Source: a virus
Length of the DNA: 64,000 nucleotides
Reading direction: 5' to 3' (one strand)
Virus record (IMG/VR): IMGVR_UViG_3300036771_000090
Location: 1-64,000 of that record
The translations under genes and the position numbers were made by a program. Of this stretch, positions 63,180-64,000 are shown in pieces; the stretch's first letter is position 1; every line of letters starts with the position of its first letter. Under the pieces are notes generated by a model. It searched no databases. It saw nothing but the letters and a program-made list of their open reading frames with translations, and was not told the DNA's origin.

Positions 63180-64000
63180 TCAGTTGGCCCGGTGGCCGTT
63201 TCTGATACGGGGGCGGACGACGTACGGGGGCTTGCCGTTGCTGGTCTCCAGGCGGCCGGCTTCGGTGAGGCGCTTCAGCTCCGCGTACACCCACTGCCGG
63301 GTCCGGCCGGTGATGCCCGGAAGCTCCGACAGTGCTTCGAAGGTGATTTCCGCGGCGCCGCCTGCCTCCAGTTCATCGATCTTGGCTTCCAGGGCCGCGC
63401 GTGCGTCCGCGGTGGACATCCGGCCGCCCGCGGGCTCCGGACGGAGGCTGAAGGACCCGGCAAATCCGGGGTCCGGGATGGGTTCGGTCACGTCGATCAG
63501 GGCTCCGTCTTCGTCGGGGACCGCGGTCAGGTCCAGCGCCTGCTCCCGGTCGTTGTCGGTTTCGCCGTACCAGTTCACCGGGTCTTCGTCCGGTGCCGGG
63601 ACGTCCAGGGGGACCGGGGGCAGACCGGCGGTCAGCTTCGAGTCCGGCACCTGGATGCCGGCCCCCAGGCACATGGCCGTTCCGGGGTCCAGAACGGCCC
63701 AGAAGGGCCGGCTGGCGTCCAGTTCGGCACGCTTCTGGGTCCTGGTCAGCCGCAGTGCACGGCCTTCCACCGCCCACAGCGTCCGGTCGGTCCCGATCGA
63801 CTCCGCGTAGTGCTTGCCGGGGAAGTCGGCACCCCACTTGGTGGGGTCTGCTCCGGCTTCCCGGGTGGTCGCGGACAGGGTGAACTTGGCGTCGTAGTCC
63901 TCCCGGCAGCCGAAGGCGAGTGCGTTGGCGAACAGACCGCGGGTCCGGCGGTCGATGTTCTGGTTGTGGGCGGTCTGCATGGACGCGAAGATGGCGAAGC
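63180..64000 (-). CDS. traB: Streptomyces TraB-like (FtsK/SpoIIIE-family) conjugal DNA translocase, C-terminal part
   Basis: ALAFGC...DAKFTL...EAGADPTKW...PGKHY, acidic Pro linker, C-terminal wHTH GRTRQWVYAELKRL.EAGRL; 5' end off window. Confidence 0.75.
   Translation of the reverse strand, partial: FAIFASMQTAHNQNIDRRTRGLFANALAFGCREDYDAKFTLSATTREAGADPTKWGADFPGKHYAESIGTDRTLWAVEGRALRLTRTQKRAELDASRPFWAVLDPGTAMCLGAGIQVPDSKLTAGLPPVPLDVPAPDEDPVNWYGETDNDREQALDLTAVPDEDGALIDVTEPIPDPGFAGSFSLRPEPAGGRMSTADARAALEAKIDELEAGGAAEITFEALSELPGITGRTRQWVYAELKRLTEAGRLETSNGKPPYVVRPRIRNGHRAN

Overview
High-GC (roughly 70% by eye) actinobacterial siphovirus genome segment, most likely from Streptomyces or a relative, truncated at both ends. 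From left to right: (1) a leftward DNA-metabolism operon (PD-(D/E)XK exonuclease, SF2 helicase, MazG-like); (2) a divergent rightward replication operon (MerR/Xis-like HTH, nuclease, and a single ~1390-aa primase-SF3 helicase-PolA fusion); (3) accessory late genes (Rpf-LysM, papain-like protease, RmlB-like dehydratase, methyltransferase); (4) a complete mycobacteriophage cluster-B/Rosebush-like virion module (TerL, portal, 2H-phosphoesterase/MuF/protease polyprotein, hexamer and pentamer capsid proteins, tail, frameshifted chaperone, tape measure with SLT domain), then endolysin and glycosyltransferase; (5) a leftward early arm with WhiB, a toprim protein, two tRNAs plus two tRNA-like elements, LuxR HTHs, a WYL protein and a C5 methyltransferase. 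Three observations stand out. First, the early arm is built from self-contained cassettes (shared operator/promoter, shared leader, gene, terminator hairpin), four of which encode paralogues with a common wHTH-like N-terminus and RPADxGRLTxEEAL junction followed by unrelated C-termini. Second, the right end carries a Streptomyces TraB-like translocase followed by a phased CTGACA repeat array (clt-like) and Spd-like membrane genes, suggesting a conjugative plasmid-phage. Third, a 2H phosphoesterase sits at the N-terminus of the head-maturation polyprotein, bounded by recurrent putative cleavage motifs. All family assignments are by motif recognition only; no searches were run.
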